Under the pieces are notes generated by a model, which ran no database searches, was not told the DNA's origin, and saw nothing but the letters and a program-made list of their open reading frames with translations. The position numbers were made by a program, and so were the translations under genes. From Chiloscyllium plagiosum (taxonomy: Eukaryota), in NCBI RefSeq assembly GCF_004010195.1, contig NC_057726.1, positions 60,842,070 to 60,906,069 of the forward strand: DNA of 64,000 nt. Reading direction: 5' to 3'. This document shows positions 1 to 14,480 of this stretch, in pieces (positions within the stretch are counted from its first letter, which is position 1; each line of letters begins with the position of its first letter).

Positions 1-78
1 CTCTCCTACCCCCTCTCTCTCTCTCTCTCTCCTACCCTCTCTCTCTTTCTCCTTTTCTCTTTTTGTCTGTCTCTCTTG
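1..78. repeat. (CT)n-rich microsatellite/polypyrimidine tract
   Basis: Direct reading of imperfect CT repeats. Confidence 0.9.
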
Positions 79-1622
79 ACTACATTGATTTATAAATCAT
101 TCATTCTCCTGGTCAAATCCTTTCATGGCCTGACACCCTCTCATCTTTAGAATTTGCTCCAACCCTACAACCTCAGGGGACTGTACAGACCTTCAACTTT
201 GATATTGTGTAAACCCTATTCCCATTGCCCTGTCATTAGTGACAAGTCATCGAAACCTCAAGATCCTGAATTCCCCACCTAAACCCCTCACCTCTCCTCT
301 TACATCCTACAGATTACTTGTCCAAACCATCAGGCAGCCATCTTAATCCCATTTGTTTTATCTTAGTGGCAGTTTTTATTTAATTCTTCTGTGAAATACC
401 TCACCAATATTTTATTGCCTTGAGGGTGTTCTATAAATATAACATCTTTACTTATCTTTAGCAAAGTGATACAGTAAAAATGATAAATTTTGTGATTTCA
501 TTTTGTATCAGCATTGGACCACAGATTTGCTAACGATCAAGGTAAAAACTTCTTTAAGCCAAAGTTGCAGTAAATTGCATTTTTCAACCAAACCAATATG
601 GGAGGTTTGAGCTTGCAAAACTACAATATATTGTGACGGAACTTCTGTAGCCAACTATGGTAGAGAATTGCAATGAATTAGCACTTTGTGAAAACAATGC
701 TTCTTACCTCAGTGCTACGTGGCCTACCTCTTATTCTAAGACTCTGTCCCCTCATTCTAGATACCCCAGCCAGCGAACTATGCTTCCTACATATAATCTA
801 TCAAGTTCTGGAAGAATTTCATGCTTTAGTTAGATTGCACCTTGTTCTTCAAAACATGAGAGAATTCAGGTCAAGTCTGCTCCCTTATAGCATTGAATTA
901 ATACTTGAATGTTTTAATGTTTGTTTATCATCCTGATTTTGCTTGTTTTCTTGCTTATTAAATGTTCTTTGTTTGAAATTCCCTAGTTAATAGGGAACAT
1001 TCAGCAGGCAATATAATCAGCTTTAACTGCTATTAGTAAGCCTTGCTACTAGTAATAAAACTTTTGAAATTAATAAATTGTACCTAAATTTTGAAAATAA
1101 ATATGAAAAGTACCAAGCAATCAACCTACTATCTGTTGCCCTGTGATGCCATAGTTGACTTTTCTCAAAATGTAGTTAATCTGTTCACTGCTGTCCCTGG
1201 GCCCTCCTCTTAATCATTCTATGGGTGCTGCTGTCCTGTTTCTGGGTTCTCTTTTCTCTTTTTTTTGCCATGTGGCTCGAATACCGGTTTAACCCAGAGT
1301 CAAGAGACTGCCTGTTAGGCAGGACCAATGCTGTACACTACAAGGAGTCATGTATGTATGCCTTGATGTCTATTGTGTGTTTTCAAGGACTTGAAGGTGA
1401 GCCTTCAAGGGTTTAATGGAGCAGAACTGCTTTCTGGCATTGAGCATGTGACTGAGATATTCATAGTTTGCTTCAGGCATTTTGCTCCCCAACTCCCATT
1501 TTCTAAACAGTTTATAAATTTTTCTCTAAACAAAGTATAGGCATTCTAAACATGCTGTCGCCATGAACTGAATGAATATCTAATATTGTTACAATAGTGC
1601 ATGCAGACTATAGCAGTCTATA

Positions 1623-2629
1623 GGATTTCAGTGAGTCCCTCTCTCACTGCACGCCCCAGGTAATCTCCTCTGCCCTGAAGCTCTTCAGCCACATTCTCAA
1701 ACCGACTCACTACCACAGCCACATCTCCTTCCTCAGCACCTGCCTATGGAACCGACTGACTCCGGACTAAGGTCAGACCAACAAAATTTGGACCCAACCA
1801 GTACCTACAACAAATCCGAAGCCTCCAGCAACAGCCCTCCCTCCGGATCCTTCGCTCCACGCTTGCAGCCATGCGCCACTACCTACATTCCCTGCAATTA
1901 GACCTACTCCAGCTCAGGACAACACTCTCACAGACCTGCAAAGGACCTCTACTGTTCTTCATCCACAGAAGAATCCATACACTAAACAAACAGTTCTTTT
2001 TAGCCATATCGGAAATTAAAGACAGTAAGTACCAAAAACTTTCATGTACTTAGCCCGACACTCTGGGTTCCTCAACTGTTCCAGAATCTTCCATCGGCCT
2101 CCGAAATCACTCCGGTGCCATGAACCACGCGGCTGCTACAGCGCCCGCGGCAACAACTGCCGCCGCGAACCATGCAGGTCCTTGGACTCCTCCATCGCCA
2201 GACCATAGCAACACGACGGTTGGAGGAAGAGCGCCTCATCTTCTGCCTCGGAACCCTCCAACCACAAGGGATGAACTCAAATTTCTCCAGTTTCCTCATT
2301 TCCCCTCCCCCCCCACCTTATCTCAGTCAAATCCCTCAAACTCAGCACCGCCTTCCTAACCTGCAATCTTCTTCCTGACCTCTCCGCCCCCACCCCCACT
2401 CCGGCCTATCACCCTCACCTTGACCTCCTTCCACCTATCACATTTCCAAAACCCCTCTCCCAAGTCCCTTCTCCTTACCTTTTATACACACTTTCCTCAT
2501 TCCTGAAGAAGGGCTCATGCCCGAAACGTTAATTCTTCTGCTCCTTGGATGCTGCCTGACCTGCGCTTTTCCAGCAACACATTTTCAGCTCTGATCTCCA
2601 GTATCTGCAGTCCTCACTTTCTCCTCCAT
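1623..2629 (+). mobile_element. Internally deleted Penelope-like element (family A)
   Basis: The 5' part reads HYHSHISFLSTCLWNRLTP (PLE N-terminal H..FL..C motif) and is fused near 2170 to the endonuclease C-terminus (RRLEEERLIFCLGTLQPQGMN). It ends in a C-rich UTR and a hammerhead motif. GCAGTCTATA is duplicated at 1613-1622 and 2630-2639. Confidence 0.75.
2499..2533 (+). ncRNA. Minimal hammerhead ribozyme motif (stem I imperfect)
   Basis: CTGAAGA-A-GGGC tcat GCCC-GAAA-CG-TT. Confidence 0.55.
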
Positions 2630-4399
2630 GCAGTCTATACTCAGCCAAGAGCCTTTTGTTATCTAAAATTTTGTCATTTCCTGGAAGTTCTCCCTGATAT
2701 GGCATTATTGGCTGTCAGCATTTTGCGAGCATCACCCCCAAGGGGTCCTTGTTCCATGAGCCTGGACTCGGCGTATTTATAGACTTTTCAAGCTTAGGAC
2801 AATGTACTCCAAGTTCAAGCCACATTGAGCATGGCTCCCTGAATAATAATCAAAAATAAGACTTTATCTGCTAGTTGTAGAGCATGGCTGTAATTATGAT
2901 GTTTCTACTGCTACTTAAATTCTCCAATATGTATGTCTTTGGTTCTAGATAAAGCAGTGCTTTCCAACATTGAATTGCTTCGAGAACATAGGGTTTTTAA
3001 GGTGGGAAAAAATGAAATGTGCAGTAAGCAGGTGTGTTTGTTGGGAGGGCTCTATCTACTCCATTTTTCACTTAGCATATGCAAGTGCACAGTTGCAGCA
3101 TTATTTGCAGGCCTGAGGGTGGTTAGGTTGCACTACCATTTTGTACTAAACACCATCTATTCTCTTGTTCAGGCTTTTCATTCTATCCATTGTGGTGTTG
3201 CCCCTTCTGTGGTTTCTTTTTCCTTTGCATTCTTTTTGAACAATATAGTTGCTAGGTCATCACCTACGCAAGTCGCGAGAGTCGTAATTTCACAGTATTT
3301 GTCTGAAACAAAATACTGGAGACTGACTTCATTCGATAGGTTCATGGTAATGTGAAGTTCATAACGAACTGAGTTTTGGATTTTGGCATGTTTGTACGTG
3401 TAATTAGTTCAGTGTTGCTGGCATTGGGCATATGAGCTGTTACTTAAACTTTTTTTCCCTAAAGTGTCAGCTCAAATCATTGTCCTGTCAGTCACTGGGA
3501 GCGTAAGTGTTATTACAATGCAGTAAGGACACAGACATTTTAAAATCTTTTAGATTTGAAATAGAAATAACTATGTCCAAAGAAATTAAGTTTCATCACT
3601 AAGAAGCAAACGAATAACTAACCTGAAGAGTGAATTAGATTTAAACTAGGTATAGCAAGATAAGAGGGAAAGAGATTGCATTGGGAAGGAGGAAAAGAGT
3701 CAAAGTTAAAATACAAAATGTTATTTGTTCAAATCTCAAAGGTGAATTTACACATAATTGAATTAATGATTATTTTGTTTAAAATATACTTTTGGTGTTA
3801 TGGCACAGCTCAAAACTACTGAGGCAAGTTTTAATTTTGGTTTACTTTACAAATCCAGCATATTCTGTAATAAAAGTAGCAGGGAGCTTAAGGGTGAGCT
3901 GCAGGTTTTGTGACAGACAGCAGAGTGGTATAACTCTATGACATTATAGCTCTTGACAGCTCGTGGAATATTTCTTTAGTTGAATTTGCTGACTGGTCAA
4001 TAACAACAACATGTTCTGTGAGCAGTTACTTTTAAAACAGGATTTGAACCGTACATTATGAACTGGAACCTGGTGAATATTTGCTTATTCATGGTTTTTC
4101 TTTGAATTTTGATCCACAGCTTGGTCTGTCAAAACAGAAATGTTGACAGTCTTGGTTGCTAAAGACTATGAGGTCACTTGAAAGTGATGCAAAGAATGGT
4201 TGCTATTCGTAAACGAAGCTGCTGGGAAGTTGTTGTGAATAAGAGGGTTCCAACATGACACTCAGCAATCATGAAGGTTATAATTGTTACTAATCAATGA
4301 GATAAAAAAAAATCAAGGCCACTCATTTATACTTATTACCCAATAAGCTATTTCAAAAATGACTGATTTTTAAAAAATCAACATTGCTGAGTTTGGATA

Positions 4400-5795
4400 G
4401 TTGATCAGTGGTAGCAGTATAACTTGCACAGTTCCTTTGCAGCAGTAACAAAGTGGTGTACTGTTGCTGGTGTCATAGTTCTAATGAAATATTGAATCAA
4501 GGTCCTTTCTGTAGATGAGTGGTATAATTTTGAAGAAGAGTAACTTGTTCTCCCTGGAATAAAGCTGTTGAAAGGGGGAGAAGTACAATGGGATCATAAG
4601 GGAATGTTAGGGAAAGGCTACGGGAGGTTAGTAATCAAAGGCGCAGTGGATCAAAAGAGGAAAAGAATGATGGTTATAAAGAAGACTCAATGTCAATTCA
4701 GAATAGGTTCTGAGGATTTTTTTTTTAAACAGCAAGAAAAAGCACAGAAAACAAGAAGCAGGTGCTGGGGTGGGAGAAGAGGGAAGTGTTCAAATGGAGG
4801 AAAGAATTCATGGTTTGAAGTTGTAGAACTTAATGTTGAATCCAGAAGGCTGTAAAGTGCCTATCTAAGAATTAAAATGTTATTTCTTTAGCTTGAATTG
4901 ACTTCACTGGAATGCTGCATCAGACCTAGGACTGAAATGTGAGCATAAATACATATGTGCACTGAAATGGCAAATGACTGAAAATTGGGGGTCATGCTTG
5001 CTGATCAAAAAGGTGTAAAGTGGTTACTCAAACTGTATTTGCTGTCTCCAGTGTAAAGAAAGTGGGATTGAGTGTGGACCAAGTTAAAAGTTATACAAGT
5101 AGATTTCTACTTCGTATAGGAGTGGAGTGGTTGAGGCCAATGAACAGTCAGGAGAGAGAAGGTACAGGAACAAGTCTTGTATACTGAGATTACATGGAAA
5201 CGTATTGATGGGAGGGAGGTGGTAGTGGTGTGGAGGCTGTGGCTTGGGCATGATGGAGGAATGGGCTCAGGTGCTGTAGGACAAACAATTGCTACAGAGT
5301 ACTGAAGGGGGAAGGGAAGATGTTTGGCAAATTGCTGAAGGTGGCAGAATTGGCAGATGATCCTTTGAAAGCCAAGGGTGGTGGATGGCAAATAAGAAGA
5401 GTGCTGTGGTGTTCAGGATGGGAAGTGCTGTGTAAAAGTGAAAGAGGAAGTGTAGGAAATGGGTTGGATGTGGCTGTGGGGTGGAGATGGAGGGATTTGA
5501 GGGAAAGGAAGGCCTGTCAAAGCATCTTTGTGGAAGGAAGCATATAACAGATGTACTGCACAACTGTGAAAGTGGAACTGATGTCCTTGCTGATGTCCTG
5601 GTCAATATTTATAGCTTAAGTGGCAGCTTCAAACATATTAACCCATCATTAATATATCATTGCTTGTGGGAGCTTGCTTACCATGTTTCCTACAATGACA
5701 ATGGTAACTATGCTGCAAAAGTCCTCTCTTGGGATAAGTGTATTGGGATGTTCTGAGATTGTCAAAGGCATTGTATAAATACAAGTTTGTTTCCT
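4400..5795 (+). mobile_element. Old DeuSINE (SacSINE1-like) relic split by a minus-strand PLE fragment (about 4570-5570)
   Basis: Deu-domain/tail-like ttgtgggagcttgc...aaaggcattgtataaatacaag at 5655-5795. The reverse strand near 4830-4880 reads LGTLQPSGFNIKF, as in family A. Confidence 0.5.
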
Positions 5796-6239
5796 TTTTG
5801 TAGTGGATATATTTATATGAAAAGACATATTTTTTGTATTTTAGAAAAAAAACGATTTTGGTCAGCTGCCTACACTCAAGGTTGAAAAGCATCCTTCAGT
5901 TTAAAAAAAAGTCTGAACTTTTTAGGACTTTAAATGGAATTTTCTCCGAGGAATAAATGAACTTTTTCAGGAATCTGTGTGCTAGACACTGTGCAGACTT
6001 CTAATGTAAACACATTGTCCTGTATCACAGAAGATTTGTTCTGGGGGTTATTGTGTTGTCTAGTTGCTGCCACTTTATTACTGTGATCTGCTTTCCTGAC
6101 CTGGCTCTAGAGACTGTACTGTCACACACAAATGGAGTTGATATGATATCCTATATGATTCCTATCTGATCCTGGTCCATGTGTGATTGGTGTTGGAGGT
6201 CTCTCCTCTTACTGTCTCTTCAAAGAGATCAAGTATATG

Positions 6240-6394
6240 CAGAGGAACCTCTATCATCCAGCATTTGATAATCCGAATTTCAGATTGTCTGGCAAGATTG
6301 CAAGGTTCCGATGCTTGGCTAAACTGTTGTGGAATTCCATTATCCAAACAAAATACTCCCCGCCCGTGTTACTTGGATAATCGAGATTCCTCCG
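6240..6394. mobile_element. Short Tigger/pogo-like MITE
   Basis: Imperfect 20 bp terminal inverted repeats: CAGAGGAACCTCTATCATCC and GGATAATCGAGATTCCTCCG. Confidence 0.65.
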
Positions 6395-7079
6395 CATTGT
6401 GCAATGTTAGCTGGATCCATAGAGTATAAGTGAGGCAGAGTCTCAATTGGAATAATATTACACCTTCAGTAGTGGATGAATGCATCATTCTACAATGTCT
6501 TATTAATACTCCTTCATGAACTTTTAAGCTGTTTAAGTTTACATTGAGACCATATATTGCTATTATTTCTGAGATTAGAAGATTGTGGAAGTTACACTTA
6601 GCTATTAAAGCAGGTGAGAAAGGAAATCCACAGTTACAGCTCTGTTGGTGTAACTTGTTCAAAAATTATTTCGATGTGTAAATAAGAATGAAGTGACTGA
6701 ACACCTTGAACATTTATAGCTGATTAGAGAACCAGCATGGATTTGTAAAGAATAGTCATGTCTGACAAATCTAATTACATTTTTTGGAGAGAGATGGGAA
6801 ATATCTAGGATTTTTTTTATATGGATTTCCAGAAGGCATTTGTTAAAAGCCCTCACTGAGGGCTGTTAGTTGATTTTGAAGTTGATAGAATTGAAGGACA
6901 ATTAGTGGCCAATTATCTCAGCATTCTGATTTGAATAGAGATAATTGACAAACTCTGGAAGGATGGGACTAGTGGTTTCCTACAGGTGTTTATGCTGGGT
7001 CTTAAGTTTTTATCATGTTTATGCATGAGTTGGATTATGGGGTAGAATGTCACATAGCTGAATTTGCCTTGAGTTTTTC

Positions 7080-8290
7080 AAAATCATGGGATGCAGACAT
7101 TGCAGGTTGGGCCAGCATTTATTGTCCATCCTTAATTGCCCTTAAGGCAGTGGTGAGCTGCTTTCTTGAGCCACTGCAATCCATGTGGCGTGCACTCAAT
7201 GCTGTTAATGGCTTCCTGGATTTTGACCCAGGGCAGTGAAGGAATGGTGATACAGTTCCAAGTCAAGCTGATCTGTGGCTTGAATGGGAACTTGCTCGTG
7301 GTTGTGTTATGTATTTGCAGCCCTTAGCCTTCTAGGTGGCTGAGTTTGAGGGTTTGGAAAGTGCTGTTCAAGGAGCCTTAGTGAGAAATTGTAAGCTAGA
7401 AGGTCTAGATTAAGTCTCACTTGCACCAGAGGTATCAAAACATCTGAGCATTTTAATTAGAAGTATCTGCTCCGAGGAACTGAGGACTGTTGTGGTGCAT
7501 TGGTAGTGTTTCTACCTCTGAACCAAGAGGTTGAAGTTCAAGTCTCTCATGCTTCATTGGTATGTAATAATATCTTTGAACGGGTTGATTTTTAAAAAAA
7601 ATCTACCCTGAGAAACTTCTGCAGTAATATCCAGGGACGGAAATGAATGACTGCCAGCATCCACAGCCATGTTGTTCCCTGTGAACTTTGACTCCAGATT
7701 TTCCACTGATTCCCATTGACTCAAGTTTGTCAGTGCTCCTAGATGCCACACTTGGTCGAATTCTGCCTTGTTGAGGGTAGTCACTGCATCTCACTTCCGG
7801 AGTTCAGCTTTCTTTCATGTTTGGACCAAGGCTGTAAGGCAGTCAGTGAATTTTGCTGAATACTGCATCATATAACACTGTTGACAATATCTTTTACCAC
7901 ATTTGTGCTAATTATTGCGAGTAGAGTGATGAGAAAATTGGCCAGTTGGATTTGTTCTGCTTTCTGTCCACAACAACACTGGGCAATTTTTCATGTAGTT
8001 AGATAGATGCCAATGTGCAGCTGCAGTGAAATAGCTTGGCTAGGAGTGCACCTGTTTGTGGTGCACAAGTCTTCATTACTATTGCCAGAATTTTGTCAAG
8101 GCCAATTGCTTTTGCAGTATCCAATACCTTCAGCCATTTTTTTTGTTTTTAAAAAGTAGAGTGAATCAAATTGGTTGAAGACTAGCATTTGTAATTTTGG
8201 GGATCCCAGGAGAAGGCAGCAGTGCATGTCCACTTGGCTCTTCCGGATTAGTCTTGACTTGTGAACTGGTACGCTGGGCACTCTGAACAT
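7080..8290 (-). mobile_element. Decayed non-LTR retrotransposon fragments (CR1/L2-superclade, second family)
   Basis: The minus-strand ORF has the remnant AEFDQVWHLGALTNL (AFDRVWH). The 3' end is homologous to the + copy ending near 59560. Confidence 0.6.
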
Positions 8291-8389
8291 TGCAGCCTAT
8301 TCTAGCGAGTTATTAAATTTTCCACTTCCATTCATTGTTGGACATGGCAGGTTTACAGAACTTGTGATATGATCCCTTAGTGATGGTAT

Positions 8390-9225
8390 TGCTATACTAT
8401 CTAACACTGTAGATGTGAGCCTAAAACTATGGATCTGCTGATAGATTATGTGGGCAAAATTGTGCCAAATGGATTTCAGTGTTGGCAGATGTGAAGTAAT
8501 CCACTTTGGACTTAAAACAAAATATGACAAAGTACTTCTAAAAGGGTGAAAAAGCAGAAAATTGTGGCAGTCCAAAGAGATTTATGGTCCCAAAGTTATA
8601 GGTCAATAAAATGTCATGAACAGGTACAGAAACTAATCAAGGTTAATTTAATAGCCTTTCTATTTGAAGGATAGAAGTCATGCTTTGGCTACATAATGTT
8701 CTGGTTACACCATACTTGGAATGCTACAATTATTCCGTGCACAATGCCACCTTAGGAAGCTTGCATTGTCCTTTGAGGGAGTACAGTGTAAATTTTCCAG
8801 AAGTGTACTTGAGACACCAAAAGTTGCTCATTATGGATACATTAAGGGATGTAGCCCCTCCAAGTTGGAAGGCTGTGTCGATTTAACTCCAATTTACACC
8901 ATACTGGATCAGATGAGGTGATTAAAGTGGAATTATTTTTCTTGTTTAGGTTTAGGGGACATAGTCTAAAATTTGGAGCCACACATTTCTGAACTAAAAT
9001 TGAGAAGCACTTCCACATAAGGATAGTAACTATGAATTTGTCTTTTGTAAGTGGATTTACGCTAAATCAACTGGAAATTTTAAAAATCTGTGATTGAGGA
9101 TTTTTGGGATCCATAAGCATTGAGGGAAATAGGACAAAGGCAGGTATATAGTTACATGAAGCAGCCAAAATCCACTTGAATGATGCAACAGCCTAAAGTG
9201 CTAACTGTGTCCTGTTCCAGTTCTG
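8390..9225 (+). mobile_element. Decayed CR1-type LINE 3' fragment
   Basis: Remnants of WQMDFSVGRCEVIHFG and LVTPYLECY; CR1-like 3' end. Confidence 0.65.
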
Positions 9226-11012
9226 TACTCAGGAACTTTACACACAATTTTGTTCAGGATGCAAAGCGATGTTCAGCCTTTTTCTTAGAGAAACTTAAAT
9301 AAGACCAGTTATAAGTTTAATACATTATCTCTATATAGAAGCCAAAATTTGCTAACTGCTGTGTCAATCTTTACTATGTAAAATGTTAAAACAAAACTAC
9401 AGTTTGCTTCCTGTGGCTTATTGCATCTGAATTTCATCACTTGGTTTTTTTTCAAGAATACGGAGACAGGTTTACTTTTAATTTTCTGCTTAACTGGGGA
9501 TTAGTATGCTGTGAGAGTTGCATTGTTCTGCATAGAAGAAATGTGTGTGACTCAACTAGTGTAATTCTTGAATTTTGCACTCATTACCTGTTATGTAGAA
9601 CTGAAATATTGTGAACCCTGAACTTGAGATTACCGTGCAAATCAAGCACTTATTGGGAAAGCTCATTTATAACCATTGCATCGTAGACAATTTTGGTACT
9701 ACAGTGTGTCATCTGAATGCATTAAATTTTAAGAACTTTGTGGCTACATAAAGACAGGAATTAAGTTGACGAGATGTGTACAGAAGAAAACTAGCATGAT
9801 CCTTGGCTCAACAAAAAAAGGCCAACAGCAGAGAAAGGGTTTTGTCTGATTTAAACTGGGTACTGTTTTAGGATTAGGGAGTGTAGACATTGCTGTAGTT
9901 TCTAATTTGTAAGTGAATATCCTTCAGCATCCATAAGCACTGTATTCTCAGTGCTCTGGAGCTTTAGCCTCGTGACACTACAGAAAATAGTGGGCTTCAC
10001 ACTTCTGAAACTGGATCCTCAAGTAATTGAATTAGGTACCTTTTGAGTGTGCAAGCATTAGCTTCACCAGATATAATTGTGTAAAGAGGGAATAAGTTTA
10101 GCCCGGGTGGAGAATGGAGTTATATAAGCTTAACTACCCCCTTCCCAAAGCATATTGTGTTTGGACACTGCTCAGAACTGTAAAGGTTGGGGCAATAGGC
10201 AGTTTGCAGGGGTTAGAAACTTAGCTGTATAGGCAGTTCTTTGGTTGTATTCTTGTTTTAAAAGATTGTGCTTTAGATTATCCCCTATTCGTCAGTTGCG
10301 TGACCCCTAATTTGTGTTGACGAAACATGCATTATAGCAGAATGACCTGTATAAATAAAGGGCAGGACCGACTTCTCAATTTTTGAAAGATTGTGATATT
10401 TGCTTTCATAAGTAATGCCTGTGATTTGAAGTAAGAATTGTCTTGTCACTTGAAAATTGGAGAGGTGGCTGGCAGGAAATGGAATGAAGGGCTGGAGGTG
10501 CAAAGCAGGAAAATGTGACTGAAATGTTTTATATGCGATGGATAAGTATTGATGTGTGTTGGTTGAATCCATTTCCGTTTGTGCTGCAATTTCATGTGTA
10601 GATAAATTAGGAGTGTCATGCATGTACATACGTATATCCATAATACGTAAATATATCTTATGCTTCAGATACAAGTATTGCATGCTTTCACAAATTCTCT
10701 ATTTGGTTTTCAGCAAGTGCAAGGTTTATGTACCTTATTGCAACTCTGAGGTATTTGTCGATATGGTGCAGAAAGAGGCCTGATTTAAATAGTTCTTTAC
10801 ATGTTGGAGCAGACTGTGAAATAACTGTTGAATTCCTTGCTGCAGTAGAAACAGTGCCAATGATGTAGGGTGTTGAATGCTTAGAGGAAGGATGCAGGTT
10901 GCAGTTTGTTTTCACAAAAAGCACCTGGCTAGTAGTTCTTGAGTACTGAGTCTTTAGCTTTGACTCATCAATCATGAATAGGAACTGTCAAATGCACAGG
11001 TTTGATGAATAA

Positions 11013-11222
<210 letters not shown>

Positions 11223-11302
11223 TAGTCAATATTAGGCACAGTGTGAGCATTTCAGTATCATTTTGCATCTACTCTACCCATATAAATCAATCACTATAGC
11301 AT

Positions 11303-12545
11303 GATAGTCATACAGCACAGAAACAGACCGTTCAGTCTGACTCATCCGCGCCAACCAGATGTCCCAATCTGACCTAGACCCATTTGCCAGCATTTGGCCC
11401 ATATCACTCTAAACCGTTCCTATTCCTATACCTTTCAGATGCCTTTTAAATGTTGTAATCATACCCTCTTTCACCACCACCTCCTCTGGTAGCTCCATTC
11501 CATACACGCACCGCCCTCTATGTGAAAACATTCACTCATGTCCTTTTTAAAATCTTTCCCCTCTCATCTTAAGCCTATGTCCTCCTGTTTTGGACTTGCC
11601 CAACCTTGGGGGAAAAAAAAACTTTGACTATTCACCCTATCCATGTACCTCATGATTTTATACATCTCAGCCTTTGATGTTCCAGGGAAAGAAAGAAGTC
11701 CCTGTCTTTTCAGCTTCTCCCTATAACTCAAACCCTCCAATCCCAGCAATATCCTTGTAAATCTTTTCTGCACCCTCTCAATTTTTACAACATCCTTGCT
11801 ATAGAAAGGCAATCAGAATTGTAGTTCATATTCCAAAAATGCTCTCACCAATGTACTGTACAACCTCAACGTGACACCCACTCCTATACTCAATGACCAA
11901 TGAAGGCGAGTGTGCCAAATGCTGCCTTCACCACCCTGTCTACCTTCCACTTTCAGGGAATTAAGCACCTGCACCCTGAGGTCTCTTTGTTCGGCAACAC
12001 TCTCCAGAGCCCTATATAAGTCCTACCTAGTTTGCTTTACAAAAATCCAACATCTCACATTTATCTAAATTAAACTGCATCTGCCAGTCCTTAGCCCATT
12101 GGCCCATCTGATCAAGATCCTGTTGTACTTTGAGATAATCTTCTTCACTATCCACGACACCACCCATTTTGGTGTCATCTGCACACTTACTAACTATACT
12201 TCCTATATGCACATCCAAATCATTTAATATAAATGAGAAGAAGCAGTGTACTCAGGACTGATACTTGTGGCACGCCACTGGTCACAAACATCTGGTCCCA
12301 AAATCTTCCCTCTACCACCACTCTCTGTCCTTCAAGGCAGTTTGTTTCCAGTTGGTGGGCTCTCCTGGGTCGCATGTGATCTAACCTTACTAAATAGTCT
12401 ACCATGTGGAACCGCATCAAGCATTTTACTGAAGTCCATATAGACAATGTCCACTGGACTGCCTTCATCGATCTTCTTTGTGTCCTCTTCTAAAACTTCT
12501 AAGTTAGTGAGACATGATTTCCCATGCACAACGCTATGCTGCCTT
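11303..12545 (-). mobile_element. CR1/HER1 LINE, 5'-truncated
   Basis: Minus-strand ORFs DIVYMDFSK..VPHGRL, SGVPQVSVL, SKCADDTK, WQMQFNLDKCE and ERVQKRFTR. Confidence 0.9.
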
Positions 12546-14378
12546 GTAGGAATCAAAAAAAAAGTAATGTTGGATAATGAATGGAGGCTTTTTGAAGATT
12601 TAGCAGAGGCATTTTGTTAGGTGATTTAATAGTGTTGTAAGTCATTTGGTAATGGTTGATGTTGTAGATTTCTTAAATTAAGGACTTAATTTGCCAACCT
12701 CATTTGTTGGTTGACTGTAAGACTATAAAACCACAATAATGATTAACAACAAGACCCAACTTGGTGTTTCTGTCCACTAGTCACTGTTGAAAAATATGTA
12801 GGCAGCAGATGGTTCTTAAAACAAAATTCTGGAGGTTGATTCCTTTTTAGATGTTGAGTTAGTTGCTTTCATTCGGTTCATATGGTGCTCAGACTCCTAC
12901 GTTAGAAGGCATAAATTGCCACAGTTTGCAATGTGTGCAATGCAATAAAGTATATTTTTGATGACAACTATAATAGTTTTGTTGCTACTTTGTGTTCAGC
13001 CTGTTGACTATCACTGTAAAGACTTGTGACTAATGCCAGTTGGATACTGAAGAGTGTTAGCTGCCCATGGAGATGTCCCATAGTGAATAGTTGACTATTT
13101 CAGGAGAAAAGATTCAGAAATACAATTCTGGGATACAGAACAAATGTGGAGTGCCATTGGGTTACACTGCATGTAGTGTAGCAGTTTAATTGCAATCTCC
13201 ACAGGTAGCCCTGTAAATTGGCAAACCACTGAACCATTTGACAATTCTAATGATTAGGCTAACAATTAAATGAAAGATCATAGGAAAAGGGTAAAGCTGC
13301 TTATTTTTGATTAGTCAAAATGTTATGAACTGAAACTTGTATTGCCGGTTTCTCCTTTTCATTTTTATTTTCTTGGCATTTTCTGGCTTTTCATCTGTGC
13401 AATGAACTCAGTGTGATCTCTTGGATTTTAGAAGTACATGATTTAATTGAACCAGCTCCATAGGGGGTGTCTGTAGCACCACGAAAATGTCAAGTATAGA
13501 TGAACGTGAAAAGATGGGAAGGATTTGTTACAGTATTTGAAAGACTTGTTTTCAACTAAATCAATTCTTGAAATCTCTTCCGGAATATAGAGGAAAATGT
13601 GGCATTTGGAGTCATTTGTATTTTGTCAGTTTATCAAATTTACATTTTTTGCGTACTGAAAATCTGCAGGGAAAGCTTAAACTTTTGTAAAATCAACAAA
13701 ATTGTTGGTCAATCGAATTGTAAGAAGCAACTGTCTGCAATAAATGTAACATAGCTAAATCATTTCACAGGTTGGCGCAACATTGAGGGCTGAAGGGCCT
13801 GTACTGCGCTGTAATGTTCTATGTTCTAAATGGGAGCCAGTTACAAGGCTGTTCTATAATTATGCATTATTAGTATATGCTGTTCTGTCAAAGCTGCTAG
13901 AATGCCAACCATCTGTTTCTAAGAAAGTTTTGGGAGCATTTATCACACTTCAGGCAACAGAATTCCACCATCACACTTTATATAATACACCAGTGATTCA
14001 CAACTGAATATAACTTTTAACAAGGGCACAGATGCCCAACTGTTATCCCAGTTGTTGCGATAATGAGGTGAGATGCCATGCAACTGCTAATCTAGAGAAA
14101 CCTCTAACAGATGCAGGTATAATCAAAACATTTAAAAGACATTTAGGCAGGTTTGAAGAGGAAAGGTTCGGAGGGATGTGGGCCAAATGCAGGCAAATGG
14201 TTAAGTTTAGTTTGCGAAACTTGGGCAATGTGGATGAGTTGAACTTAAGGGTCTGTTTTCTATGCTGTATAACTCTAACAGTAAGTTGTCTTTAATTGAC
14301 CTCAACGTTCACTGACATAATTTCCAGAAAAGTATTTCACTAGTGGCCTTAAGGGGACTGAATAGATTATTGGTGCAA

Positions 14379-14480
14379 TAAATTTCCTGCTTCTCGGATG
14401 CAGCGTGACCTGCTGTGCTTTTCGAGCACCACTCTAATTTAGACTCTGATTTCCAGCATCTGCAGTCCTCGCTTTTGCCG
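14379..14480 (+). mobile_element. PLE family A 3'-terminal fragment with 15 bp TSD
   Basis: Homologous to 2535-2625. AGATTATTGGTGCAA occurs at 14364-14378 and 14481-14495. Confidence 0.8.

Noticed and set aside
10700-10760. FSKCKVYVPYCNSE after an AG, superficially like CK2 exon 1 (SRARVY..VN)
   Set aside because: It lacks the invariant REYWDYE...W motif. This is chance similarity; the true first coding exon is outside the window.
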